Shown here piece after piece: positions 52,192 through 62,201 of a stretch of DNA of 64,000 bases. Below the pieces are notes generated by a model. It saw only the letters and a list, made by a program, of their open reading frames with translations. It was not told the DNA's origin and did no database searches. Numbering within the stretch: position 1 is the first letter of the stretch; every line of letters starts with the position of its first letter. Position numbers and translations under genes: made by a program. Source of the DNA: Chthoniobacteraceae bacterium. GTDB taxonomy: Bacteria; Verrucomicrobiota; Verrucomicrobiia; Chthoniobacterales; Chthoniobacteraceae. The stretch is taken from the NCBI GenBank assembly GCA_037190965.1, contig JBBCKI010000023.1, positions 1 to 64,000 of the forward strand, in the 5' to 3' direction.

Positions 52192-52968
52192 CTACCAGGC
52201 CGTCCAACCGCCATCGACCACGAGATTGTGCCCATTGACGTAGCTGGAGGCCTCCGAAAGAAGGAATGCGAGAGCGCCCGCGACTTCGTGCTGTTTCCCG
52301 ATTCTCCCCATGGGCACTTTCGCCGCCAATCTTTCGATGAAATCGGGGTTCATACGCTGCATCTCCGGGTGCGGGAACGGCCCGGGAGCCACCGCGTTGC
52401 AGCGGACCTGATGCGGCCCCCACATCACCGCCATATAACGCATCATCTGGTTAATGGCCGCCTTCTGCATCCCGTAATGCAATGCGTTCGGCGGCATCGG
52501 AGGCGGGTAGGCGGAGGGATCGGGAGCAACCTGCCCGTACATGCTCGAACAAAGCACGAGACTTCCCCCGCTGCCCCGCTCCACCATCCCTTGCCCGACC
52601 TCTCGCACCGCGCAGAATAGCGAGGTGAGGCCGATTTCATTGTAACGATTCAACTCTTCAGGAGTCAGATCGGCCATTCGCGTGCCGCTTATCGGCGTGG
52701 TCAGAAACGCCGCGCCGTCAGGCAAACTCCGGCTTCGGATCCATTCCAGAACCTCCCCGGTTTTACCGACGTCCAGCGAGGCCCCCGTAACGCGCTCCGA
52801 CAGCCCGGCGCTTTCGATAAACGCATCCGCCTTCCCCGGCAGATCGATGCAAACCACCTCGGCATTCAACTCGTCAAGAACGCGCACCGCTTGTTGCCCC
52901 AGATACCCCGCACCTCCGAAAATCCAGAGAGTGCGGCCCGTCAGATCAAAGAGAGAAGAAGTCATCAT
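52192..52968 (-). CDS. SDR-family oxidoreductase
   Basis: GGAGYLG, SSMYG, YGMQK and VDGGWTAW. Confidence 0.9.
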   Translation of the reverse strand: MMTSSLFDLTGRTLWIFGGAGYLGQQAVRVLDELNAEVVCIDLPGKADAFIESAGLSERVTGASLDVGKTGEVLEWIRSRSLPDGAAFLTTPISGTRMADLTPEELNRYNEIGLTSLFCAVREVGQGMVERGSGGSLVLCSSMYGQVAPDPSAYPPPMPPNALHYGMQKAAINQMMRYMAVMWGPHQVRCNAVAPGPFPHPEMQRMNPDFIERLAAKVPMGRIGKQHEVAGALAFLLSEASSYVNGHNLVVDGGWTAW

Positions 52969-53006
52969 GAATTTTGGAATAAACCGGCATTGACTCCATT
53001 AATTTA

Positions 53007-53021
53007 GACTTATAACACTAA
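53007..53021. promoter_or_regulatory. Candidate GntR operator B
   Basis: GACTTATAACACTAA, between divergent genes. Confidence 0.6.
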
Positions 53022-53128
53022 GCAAGCTCGATTCCCCCAGCACTCAAAAAAACCCGGGTGTTTCCGCTGCTTTTCGGTGCACTTTGATTCACCCACGCAA
53101 GATCCCGTTCTCCCACCTGATCGGCTCC

Positions 53129-56100
53129 ATGAAACTTTCAACCGCACTCCTATCACTCTCCATGCAAGCGATGGTCCTGACGCAAGCGGGGGTTGCAGAG
53201 ACCCGCCCCTTCGATTTTCAATACGGCGGCAAGAGCCTCCTCTCGCTTGATTCCTGCGCGGAGCAGCTCAAGCCCACTCGCGGGGGCGGCTCCGTCCGCT
53301 TCGCGAATCAAGGAAGCGAAGAGGTTCTACACCTGTCCGGCTCACCCGCTCAGAAGGCGATCTTCTCCATCAGCGCCCCGGTGGAAAAGGGCGCTGAATA
53401 TCTCTTCCGGGCCAAGGTCAAATCGACCGATCAACTGGTTATCCGGATCGGGGCCCTCTCAATGTCCTATAACGATCTCGGCAACTGGCAGACCGTGACG
53501 GGGCTCTACCGCGTCAACGACGCGATAGCCGCCGAAATCCAGCTCCATCTCCTATCCCTATCCAAGGCCGGGGGAACCGAAAGCGCGGGCGCGGAAATCA
53601 AAGAAATTTCGTTGATTCGCGTCGAACGCCCCACCATTGCCACCCGCCGCTCCTTCTCCGGAAACACCGATCTCGTCAAAAAGGGCGCACCCAACACGAC
53701 CCTTGTTATTCCTGCGGGCTCGGAGCTCTATGCAAAACTCGCGACGCAGATTAGCGATGCCGTTCAGGCAAAGACCGGTGTCGCGCTGCCCATCCTCTCC
53801 GACGCGGAGGTGACCACCAAAGACTACCCGGCATTGAAGCCGGAGTTTCACTCCAAAAACCTCATTCTCCTCGGACGTCTCGGCAATAACCGGGCTTTCT
53901 GGTCGGCCTACAATCACTTTCTGACGGCGGTGGACGGGTTCTACCCGGGAGGAAACGGGTACGCCATCAACACGGCGGCCAACGTCTTCCGTACCGGCGG
54001 AAACCATCTCATCATTGGCGGCACCACCGACGAAGGGGTCCAACGCGGCACCGCAAAGTTTCTGGAGAAAATCGCCGGGGTCGAAAGCGAACGAGGGAAT
54101 TTGCAACTTCCGTGGCTTCTGGAAGTCGATCTGCGAGGGGAATGCCTCGCCGTCCTGAAGAAGGAAAACGCAAAATGGGAGGAATCGCCGGAAAGCGCCC
54201 TTCTCCCCAAGCCGGAGCCGGGCTATGGCACTGTGGTCCGCTGGTACAACAACGCGATGGGATACTACTGGACCGGGTGGGACTCCTATAAAAAACGGGC
54301 CGACCACTACCTCGCGCAGGTTCTCAGCGAGAAGGCGTACACCCATCACTATATCAGCGAATTTTTTGTCCGGACGGTTGATATGCTGGATGAAAGCGGC
54401 CTGATCACCCCGGAGCAAATCCGGGAAATCGACTCGCTCTTCACGAAGAACTTTCTCGATTTCATGACCGTGGGCGATCTCTCGTGGATGACGACCTTTG
54501 CCCCTCCCTATAGCCAGATCGGGCTAGTCAACCGGCACCAGATCGCGCCATGGATGTCTGACTACAAGCTCGCGGAGTTCACCACCGACATCCTGACGCC
54601 CGAAGGCGGGATGAAGGAGCTTGCCGAATTCCGGCGGCAGGAAAAGGAGCGCACGTTCATCAATTTCGTCACGCACCGCTCCAATCCGAGCCTCCCCGGC
54701 GGCCTTCTGGACGAAGTCTACGAAGAGGTCAACGCGACCTTCTTCCGGTTTGCGCTGGAGAAGGAACTCTATCGCGAGTTCTTCGGCAGCGGCAACGCCC
54801 TGAAAGCACTGGCGCTGGAACGGATCGAACCCCGTAGCGGCCGACTCGCGTTTCCCGGCGGGGTTCGCGACTCGAAGTTGCCGCTCGGCATCATGGCATC
54901 GTTGACGGGCGACCCCGAGCTTCATTGGCTCTGGCAGCATCTTCCGACATCCGGCAACTCCCGGGGCTACTTCCAGAGCCGCTATCTGGACAATGTGCGC
55001 CGTTACAATCCGGATGCCTCCGCCCCGCAGGCCAAGCCCAAATCATGGAGCGGCATCCAGTTTACCCCCAACCCGGTGGACGACGCTCCGCTGAAGGCAG
55101 ACAAGCAAAACTACTACTTCCTTTCGGTTCGCAGCGGCTTCGAACCGGATGACGACTACCTCGCGTTCAACGGATTCAGCCAGTCCGCGCCTTCCGGAGG
55201 TCTGGTGACCCTGCTCTCCAACGGCGTCTCGTGGCTCGGCGCGGGGGCCGAAGAGGGAGGGCGCTACAACTTCAATTCCGCCAGCGCCATTCGCACGGAC
55301 AAGGCCGAGAGCAAGGCGAAGTTCGACGATCAATCCCGCTGCCTCTGGAGCGCGGACCTGCCCTCCGGCATCGCACTCCGCTTTCGGCAACTGCTGACGG
55401 GCGAAATCGAATGGACCCGCGACTTCATCCAGCTCGGCAAGGGGACCTTCGTGTTTCGGGATCAGTTTACCGCGCGTGAAGAGGGCACTTACCTCCTGGG
55501 CGTCAATTGGCATCCGGCAGGCGGCCTTTCGAGAACCGGCAACGCCTGCTCTTTCGTCACCCGCGACGGAAAGCTGCAGATCGAAATGTCGGGCGCAGGT
55601 TTTGCGGTGATCGACTCCAGCGCCGAAGGCCAGGCGAGCAACGGCAGCAGCGTCCGAAACCAGACCCTCAAGCGTCTCGCAAAAGGGGAGTCCGCCGTCT
55701 CCTATACCGTCGTTCAGGCTTCCAAATCGCATGCCGCCAAACTCAAACCGGTCAGCTTCTTCGGGGAAAACAGACTTGCGGTCGGTGTGAACAACGACGA
55801 GGCCATCCTCGATTGGAACGCGGCGAACCTCACCGGCATGCAATGCGACGCGCAACTCGTCATCCAGACGCCGCAGGAGGCCGGATTTTATGATTGCGGC
55901 CGGTTGAGCGCCGATTCGCAACTCCCGCAGCGCGGCAGCTTCTCCGTCTCGTCCTCGGGAGCATGGAGCCGCCCTGCCGGAGAAGAAGCCCCGGTTCCAT
56001 CCTCCCAAAACGGCGAGGCGCTTTTTGCTTCGCTCCGTACCGCCTTGCAGCAACCCGCCCCGCAAACGCCGCAGACGGCAGGGGTCGATCTCCGGGTCGC

Positions 56101-57724
56101 CGTGAAAGAATCTCCGAAACCTTGGCAGACGGGCTGGAGCTACGATGGCTTCCTGCGTCCCGCCAAGGTCAGCAACTTCCGCACCCTCGAAGAGGGTGTC
56201 ATTGACTTCGGCAAAGTGATCGACCTTGCCGAAATCCGGGGCCGTTCCACCACCAACTATTATAGCCAAGGCAAATTGCCGGGAGAAATTCTGCTCGCGA
56301 CGGTCAATCATCCCAATGATCCCGCTGCCTGGAAACCGGCATCCGGAAAACGCGTCTGGCGTCCCGGCGTCCGCACCGCCAATTACGGCGAGGCCCATCC
56401 TGAGAAGGAAGTCGATGAGACCCTCATGCTGGACTCATTCCCGGCGCGCTACGTCAAGACCACGCCCCCGACGTCGTTCTTGCCGCTCTTGTTCTTCGCC
56501 AACACCCGCAAGGAAGCCCGGCACCCGTTGAGAGTGGAAAGCGGCGACTTCCTCCGCAATGGGGAACAGCAAACGCTGGTCGTCAGCGACGTCTTCCCGC
56601 AGTTCCCCCGGCCGATTCGCCTGGACGATCTCTCCGTCGCCCTGCTCGACGGCAAAGGTAAAGCAATCTATCAGAAGGATCTGGCCGGTCCGGTCCAAAG
56701 CATCCGGCTGCTGGATCGAAACGGCGACGGCACCCGGGAACTCTTCGTTTTGTATGCCAACGGCACCCTGGAGATCTACTCTCTCGACGGAAAACTCCAG
56801 GCTTCCGCCGATCTCTACGAGATGCACCGGAAGTTCAGCACCACTCATGACCGTAAGACCCGCGCCCCCGCTGGCGGTTATGTGCTCCCGTTCTCCGTCG
56901 GCCTCTGGAGGCCCAATGCCACGGGCCAGCGGAAAATCGTGGTCACGCGGTACGGCAGCTTCACCTTCCTCAATCCCGATTTAAGCTTCGAGGGTGTGCT
57001 GAACGTGAGCGGCTACGGCACGCCGGGCATTCTCCCCGAGGGAGTCGACTTCGGTTCGGGCAGCCAGGAGCAAGTCGTCGCAGAACGGATGCGGATCTGG
57101 CAACTCGGCGGCAGCGGCGAACCGACCGTCCGCGACCCCAACGGCGCGCAGTTCTGGCCCCAGACTTACAATCTACTCAAGAGCATCCCGGAGAACGAAG
57201 CGTCGCGCGTCCCACTGGGCGGCATGCCGATCGTGCGTTATGAATTGCTCTCCGGCGTCACCCAATCCCCTCGGTACATTCTCATTGCCCGGGGAACCTC
57301 GCTCGGCATCTACGACGCCAAGGAGAAAAAGATGAGGTACAACTGGCTCGCCCAGGCCCCCATTTCCGGCGTCGGCATTCTGGCGCAGAGCGAAGGGGCG
57401 TTACAATTGCTCGTGGCGACGGACGACTCATTGCTCTGGAACTTCAATTGGGCCGCCGGTATCGAGCGCGAACCAACACTTAGCGCGCGGACCTTCCCGG
57501 ACCCGATCTCGTTCCTCAAGGAAACTGGCGACGACCGCCGGACCGTCCTCATCGCCGGGCCCAAAGGAATCTATCTCGCGGGTCAAAATGGCGAAATCGA
57601 GCAGATCACCCAAGGCGCATTCCAGACGGCCGCCCCTCTCCTGACCAAGGGAAGGAAGCTCAACCAGGTCATTGCCGCCACGAAAGACGGAGAAGTCGTC
57701 AGCCTTCGGCCGCCGGGCAAATAA
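53129..57724 (+). CDS. Large secreted multidomain hypothetical protein, probably carbohydrate-active
   Basis: Signal peptide, CBM-like N-terminus, GH20/GH67 N-domain-like segment, helical core, beta-sandwich and FG-GAP-like motifs (GDFLRNGEQQ, LDRNGDGTRE). Confidence 0.6.
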   Translation: MKLSTALLSLSMQAMVLTQAGVAETRPFDFQYGGKSLLSLDSCAEQLKPTRGGGSVRFANQGSEEVLHLSGSPAQKAIFSISAPVEKGAEYLFRAKVKSTDQLVIRIGALSMSYNDLGNWQTVTGLYRVNDAIAAEIQLHLLSLSKAGGTESAGAEIKEISLIRVERPTIATRRSFSGNTDLVKKGAPNTTLVIPAGSELYAKLATQISDAVQAKTGVALPILSDAEVTTKDYPALKPEFHSKNLILLGRLGNNRAFWSAYNHFLTAVDGFYPGGNGYAINTAANVFRTGGNHLIIGGTTDEGVQRGTAKFLEKIAGVESERGNLQLPWLLEVDLRGECLAVLKKENAKWEESPESALLPKPEPGYGTVVRWYNNAMGYYWTGWDSYKKRADHYLAQVLSEKAYTHHYISEFFVRTVDMLDESGLITPEQIREIDSLFTKNFLDFMTVGDLSWMTTFAPPYSQIGLVNRHQIAPWMSDYKLAEFTTDILTPEGGMKELAEFRRQEKERTFINFVTHRSNPSLPGGLLDEVYEEVNATFFRFALEKELYREFFGSGNALKALALERIEPRSGRLAFPGGVRDSKLPLGIMASLTGDPELHWLWQHLPTSGNSRGYFQSRYLDNVRRYNPDASAPQAKPKSWSGIQFTPNPVDDAPLKADKQNYYFLSVRSGFEPDDDYLAFNGFSQSAPSGGLVTLLSNGVSWLGAGAEEGGRYNFNSASAIRTDKAESKAKFDDQSRCLWSADLPSGIALRFRQLLTGEIEWTRDFIQLGKGTFVFRDQFTAREEGTYLLGVNWHPAGGLSRTGNACSFVTRDGKLQIEMSGAGFAVIDSSAEGQASNGSSVRNQTLKRLAKGESAVSYTVVQASKSHAAKLKPVSFFGENRLAVGVNNDEAILDWNAANLTGMQCDAQLVIQTPQEAGFYDCGRLSADSQLPQRGSFSVSSSGAWSRPAGEEAPVPSSQNGEALFASLRTALQQPAPQTPQTAGVDLRVAVKESPKPWQTGWSYDGFLRPAKVSNFRTLEEGVIDFGKVIDLAEIRGRSTTNYYSQGKLPGEILLATVNHPNDPAAWKPASGKRVWRPGVRTANYGEAHPEKEVDETLMLDSFPARYVKTTPPTSFLPLLFFANTRKEARHPLRVESGDFLRNGEQQTLVVSDVFPQFPRPIRLDDLSVALLDGKGKAIYQKDLAGPVQSIRLLDRNGDGTRELFVLYANGTLEIYSLDGKLQASADLYEMHRKFSTTHDRKTRAPAGGYVLPFSVGLWRPNATGQRKIVVTRYGSFTFLNPDLSFEGVLNVSGYGTPGILPEGVDFGSGSQEQVVAERMRIWQLGGSGEPTVRDPNGAQFWPQTYNLLKSIPENEASRVPLGGMPIVRYELLSGVTQSPRYILIARGTSLGIYDAKEKKMRYNWLAQAPISGVGILAQSEGALQLLVATDDSLLWNFNWAAGIEREPTLSARTFPDPISFLKETGDDRRTVLIAGPKGIYLAGQNGEIEQITQGAFQTAAPLLTKGRKLNQVIAATKDGEVVSLRPPGK

Positions 57725-57775
57725 TCGAGTCTGAAACGCCCCAAAAGGGTCCAGGATGATTTACGTTGACTCAAC

Positions 57776-57790
57776 TTAGCGTTCTAACTA
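57776..57790. promoter_or_regulatory. Candidate GntR operator C
   Basis: Reverse complement TAGTTAGAACGCTAA, between TTGACT and a -10-like hexamer. Confidence 0.65.
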
Positions 57791-57830
57791 TATCTTGGCA
57801 TTAATCCCCCCCTCAAACTTGGCAAACCCT

Positions 57831-59000
57831 ATGAAAATGCGCCTTGCTTCTCCCTTCTCCTCATTAATTTTCGCTTTGGCGGTTGCTTCCTGGTTTCCAG
57901 GCGAAAGCGCCCATGCGGATGCGTACGTGCCCGAGTACACCCAAGGGAACGGTTTTTACTTCTCCAGTTCCGGTTCGACCACAGTCAGCACGACGGCCGG
58001 ATTCTACAACAGGTTCACGGCCACTGAAACGACGACCGCAACCAGCGTCAGCCTCAATCTCAATTCCGCGACCGCCACCTCGTTGACCTTCGGCCTCCAG
58101 GCCGACGATGGAACCGGAAAGCCCACCGGCACTTTCCTGGCCTCCGGGACAGTGACACCCGTCGCGGGGTGGAACACGGTAACCTTTGCTGGCTATGAAT
58201 TAACGGCAGGCCAGGTCTATCATGTCGTGGCGCTGCCCACCGCAAGCGGCAATGCTCTCGCGCGGCACCTTTCTGGCATTCCCACCATGAATTTCCAATC
58301 CTACGGGGTTCGTGACGCCGCCTACATCCGTGGGCTCACCAATGCCTCAGGGGTTCCCACAGGAACACCGGGAAATACCGTGGCGATGGTCTACGCGGTC
58401 GGCACGACCTCCCATGGAATCGGGCAAGCGTTTTCGGTGTCGGCAAACAACACTCTTTCCGCCACCGCCCCGCTGGCCCAACGCTTTCAGTTTACACCCT
58501 CGGCAAGCAATCAAACGGTTTTGGATACCATCACCGTTCGCCTCAATACCGGAGCAGCCGACCTGAAAGACGTCACGATCTCAATCTTGAACGACAATAA
58601 CATCGTTCTGGCAACGACGACACTGGCCAAGAGCGCCCTGACAGCCTCCACGACGGCGGATTACACGGTAGACTTTGGAGACTCGCTGGTTTTGACCGAA
58701 GGCGCATACTACAAACTCGCTCTTCACAGCGGGGAAGCTGGAACCACTTCGGTGAAATGGAATGTCTCCAAAAGCAACTCGACGAATTCCGCCATCAATT
58801 CGGCAACCTTCCAGGGGACGGACGGGTACGCATTCGCCTACTCCAATACCAGCTTCACGACCCCCCAGGGCTTCGCCTACGGCGACGACTACACTTTTCA
58901 CTATACGACAATCGCGATCCCGGAACCGGGTGTCGGCGCTGCGGTCCTGCTTGGTCTCGGAGTGATCGGTAGCGCCCTGCGTCGCAAGATCCTGGCCTAG
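57831..59000 (+). CDS. PEP-CTERM sorting-domain surface protein
   Basis: Signal peptide, Thr/Ser/Gly-rich body and C-terminal IPEPG-TM-RRK. Confidence 0.92.
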   Translation: MKMRLASPFSSLIFALAVASWFPGESAHADAYVPEYTQGNGFYFSSSGSTTVSTTAGFYNRFTATETTTATSVSLNLNSATATSLTFGLQADDGTGKPTGTFLASGTVTPVAGWNTVTFAGYELTAGQVYHVVALPTASGNALARHLSGIPTMNFQSYGVRDAAYIRGLTNASGVPTGTPGNTVAMVYAVGTTSHGIGQAFSVSANNTLSATAPLAQRFQFTPSASNQTVLDTITVRLNTGAADLKDVTISILNDNNIVLATTTLAKSALTASTTADYTVDFGDSLVLTEGAYYKLALHSGEAGTTSVKWNVSKSNSTNSAINSATFQGTDGYAFAYSNTSFTTPQGFAYGDDYTFHYTTIAIPEPGVGAAVLLGLGVIGSALRRKILA

Positions 59001-59038
59001 TCAAGCGCGCCGCGAGAGACCCTGATCCCTGCAAAACG

Positions 59039-60151
59039 ATGATCCGAACGATCGACACGGCCAATATGGCTGATGATTCCGCCATTCATGCCCGGCCCGA
59101 GAAACCGGCGATTGCCAAACCCTCTCATCCGGCAAAGGCGCTGCGGGTCATTATTCATCAACCGGCCACCATGCTCAGGCATTGCATCGCGGCGAAGGAT
59201 ATCGAACGCCTGAAACTGCACCGTCACGAGGTGGTGCTGCCCGATACCGACGATCCCGCGGGGCTGTTGAAGATCTGGCAACGCGAAGCAACCTCGGTCG
59301 ATCTCGTATTAACCGGCTGGGATTCGCCGCCCATTACGGACGCGATGCTCGATGCCGCGCCGGGAATTCGCGCGATCGTCCACGCGGCGGGCTCGGTCAA
59401 ACCGTTCATCCCGAAATCGATCTGGCAGCGCGGAATCCGCGTGGCATCCTGCAACGACGCGCTCGGAGTCGGCGTGGCGGAGACCACGATCGGAATGATT
59501 ATCGCCGGGTTGAAAGGTTTCTTCCCCTCATCGCAAGTGACACGCGGAGGAGGCTGGCAACGGGAGTTCATGACGCTGCCGGATTTCCACGTGCGGGAAC
59601 TCTACGATGTCACCATCGGCATCATCGGGGCCAGCCGTGTGGGCCGCCACGTCATCCGGCTCTTGAAAGGGTTTGAGGTTCGCGTCCTCCTGAGCGATCC
59701 GCACGTCGATGAAGAGGAAGCGCGTGCCCTGGGGGTAAAGCTAGTCTCGCTGGATGAATTGATGGCCTCCAGCGATGTCGTCAGCCTCCATGCCCCTGCC
59801 CTCGATTCGACCCGGGGAATGCTGGGCGCAAAACATTTTTCGGCCATGAAAGACGGGACGATCTTCGTCAACACCGCACGCGGCATGATTGTCGATGAAG
59901 AGGCGCTGGCCAAGGAGCTTGGCTCCGGGCGGATCTGGGCGTTTCTGGATGTGACCAGCCCCGAACCCCCGGCGGAAGATCATCCGTTCCGATGCCTGCC
60001 CAATGTCATCCTGACGCCCCATATTTCCGGGGCGCTTACCAACGGCTGCCAGAGAATGGGCCGAAGCGCCGTCGAACAGGTGCTTGAGTTTGCCCGGGGC
60101 GAACTGATGCACGGTGAGATCACGGCGGATCGCCTGGCACAGCTAGCGTAA
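59039..60151 (+). CDS. D-2-hydroxyacid dehydrogenase family protein (start uncertain)
   Basis: GASRVG, VNTARG, LDVTSPEP and TPHISG. Confidence 0.9.
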   Translation: MIRTIDTANMADDSAIHARPEKPAIAKPSHPAKALRVIIHQPATMLRHCIAAKDIERLKLHRHEVVLPDTDDPAGLLKIWQREATSVDLVLTGWDSPPITDAMLDAAPGIRAIVHAAGSVKPFIPKSIWQRGIRVASCNDALGVGVAETTIGMIIAGLKGFFPSSQVTRGGGWQREFMTLPDFHVRELYDVTIGIIGASRVGRHVIRLLKGFEVRVLLSDPHVDEEEARALGVKLVSLDELMASSDVVSLHAPALDSTRGMLGAKHFSAMKDGTIFVNTARGMIVDEEALAKELGSGRIWAFLDVTSPEPPAEDHPFRCLPNVILTPHISGALTNGCQRMGRSAVEQVLEFARGELMHGEITADRLAQLA

Positions 60152-60198
60152 GATGGCGAAGAAGGCGACCCCGCGGTCGCCTTCTCTCCCCGTCCCGA

Positions 60199-60936
60199 CT
60201 ATTTGGAAATCTTCGCTTGGAGCAGCGGCTCCAGGGCGTCCGCCACCAGTTTATGCCCCTCCGTATTGGGGTGCATCCCGTCGCTCATCAGTTTTTTGCA
60301 CGATGTACCGTTGGCCTGCTCCCATTGATCGTAGAGAGCATAGACATCGACGGATACCACCTTCTGTGCCGCTGCTATCTTTCGAACAGCTTCCGCATAG
60401 TTGGCCAGAATCAGTGTAAAACCCTTCTCGTCATTCGGATCGTAGGGAGGCTTGGCATACTTTTCCAGAATATGCTTGGAACCCCAGCGAATCTGGTTCG
60501 GCGTCATCAAAATCACCTCGCCGCCACCCTTGCGAATCTCCTCGATGAAATAGCGAAGATTCTCCTGATACTTATCTAAAGAGACGCGCGATTCCGTCGC
60601 GGGCGGCGTCTTCCAGACATCCACCGCCGAGTCGTTGATTCCAAACTGGATGACCACGAGATCCGCCTTCTCCGCGAGGACATCCTTCTCGAAACGCCTC
60701 CGGGCCATCTCCGTCGTATTCCCGCCGATCCCCTTATTGATAAACCGGATCGCATCGGCCCGGTTGGCAAAACGCGCCTCCAACTGGCTCGTATAGTTTA
60801 CGGCACCGCCGCGGACCGCCGTTGTGGAATCGCCGAAAGTGACAACAGTCAATGGCCTGGCGACGTCCGGGGATTGCGCATGGGAAAATCCGGCGGTCAC
60901 CAGGGCGGCCGCGATAAGAGTCATTTTTAGTTTCAT
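60199..60936 (-). CDS. Secreted SGNH/GDSL hydrolase
   Basis: FGDSTT, GIGG, FGIND and DGMHP. Confidence 0.92.
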   Translation of the reverse strand: MKLKMTLIAAALVTAGFSHAQSPDVARPLTVVTFGDSTTAVRGGAVNYTSQLEARFANRADAIRFINKGIGGNTTEMARRRFEKDVLAEKADLVVIQFGINDSAVDVWKTPPATESRVSLDKYQENLRYFIEEIRKGGGEVILMTPNQIRWGSKHILEKYAKPPYDPNDEKGFTLILANYAEAVRKIAAAQKVVSVDVYALYDQWEQANGTSCKKLMSDGMHPNTEGHKLVADALEPLLQAKISK

Positions 60937-61004
60937 AAACGAATTGAACCTAGGAAATGTCGTCAACCGAAGGGGATGGCAAGCGAAACTCGTGATGACA
61001 CGAC

Positions 61005-61772
61005 TTACGGCCACCAGGTTGTCTCCTGGCTCGGCAGGGAAGCCACAGGCAGAGGCTTCGAGCCATCAAAATTTTCGACGTGGCCATCGACAAAGAGAAT
61101 ATTACCTCGACCACTATGGACCCGGCCAAAACCGGCAGAATCGGAACTTGCAGGGTTGAAATAGGACGCCTTTCCATAAGCTGAACTCGGCGGTCCACCG
61201 TTCTCCAGGCGCGTATTGGTATCCATCATGGAAACCATCCTGGCTGGTATCTTTATGTTCGCCAGCCGAATTCTATGTGGAAGGAGCGAGTCCGGTCCCT
61301 CCTGAGGATGGACGCTGCCGTTGAATCGATAGCCCAAAAAGTAGCCAGCCCAACCCTTGTAATATTTCTCACCTTTGCTGTTAACAAGATAACCTTCCAT
61401 CGGCGGAGAACCGAGGCGCACATTGGTGGGGCAATAGAACGTGTCGGCGGAAATCCCCCTGGCCTTATCTTTTGGCGGCGCCACATAAGGAGCCAAAAAA
61501 TCCTCCAGAGTTCCCGATCCAATAGGCGGGGCAAGATACCCCGCGGGCAAATAGCCATCGTTGTCTGCCGCATAGGCATGCATTCCCACCCCCAATTGCT
61601 TCAGATTATTGACGCAACCAGCCTGCTCTGCCGCCTTTTTTGCATTGGAAGAGACCGGAATAAGAATAGCCACCAGTACGGCAAGAATGCCTATCGTCAG
61701 CAAGAGCTCAACGAGGGTGAATCCCCAAGGAGCGCCTCGGCCGGTTGCTGGACTGGTAGGGGATATTTTCAT
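61005..61772 (-). CDS. Prepilin-type N-terminal cleavage / H-X9-DG domain protein
   Basis: GFTLVELL, CVNNLKQLG and HSGRGNILFVDGHV. Confidence 0.92.
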   Translation of the reverse strand: MKISPTSPATGRGAPWGFTLVELLLTIGILAVLVAILIPVSSNAKKAAEQAGCVNNLKQLGVGMHAYAADNDGYLPAGYLAPPIGSGTLEDFLAPYVAPPKDKARGISADTFYCPTNVRLGSPPMEGYLVNSKGEKYYKGWAGYFLGYRFNGSVHPQEGPDSLLPHRIRLANIKIPARMVSMMDTNTRLENGGPPSSAYGKASYFNPASSDSAGFGRVHSGRGNILFVDGHVENFDGSKPLPVASLPSQETTWWP

Positions 61773-61913
61773 GACAAACCCATCAACGATGCGCCCAGAT
61801 ATGAGCGCCCGGATTCGGACCCGGAGAGGGTCCGCTCGCGTTGGGGATCGCTCCGTACTGGCGGAGGACCGACCGGCAAGGGGGCAGGAAGCATCATGGG
61901 GGTGCCTCGTTTA

Positions 61914-61928
61914 TAGTTATAACGCGAT
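61914..61928. promoter_or_regulatory. Candidate GntR operator D within a sigma70-type promoter
   Basis: TAGTTATAACGCGAT. Minus-strand TTGACG (61938-61933)-N17-TATAAA (61915-61910). Confidence 0.7.
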
Positions 61929-62201
61929 CTTACGTCAAGGCATTCGAGAGGGATTCTTTACGATGTTGGAGCGGATAAGCCGGCGCAAGAGGTTGAGCCG
62001 CGATGGCCTGAAGAAGAGCGCAGCGTCTCTTTGGATACAGTGAGTCTCTGACGAAGGCACTCGCGGCCAATAAATTGCGCCAGATAACCGCGATCAACGT
62101 CGCCCGCCTCGCGAGGCTGGGCGGCTCATCATCAACAGACAGATCTTATCGCGAGAGGGATGCACCCCTCGCGAAATCATTCCGGATCGACTGGATAGAA
62201 C

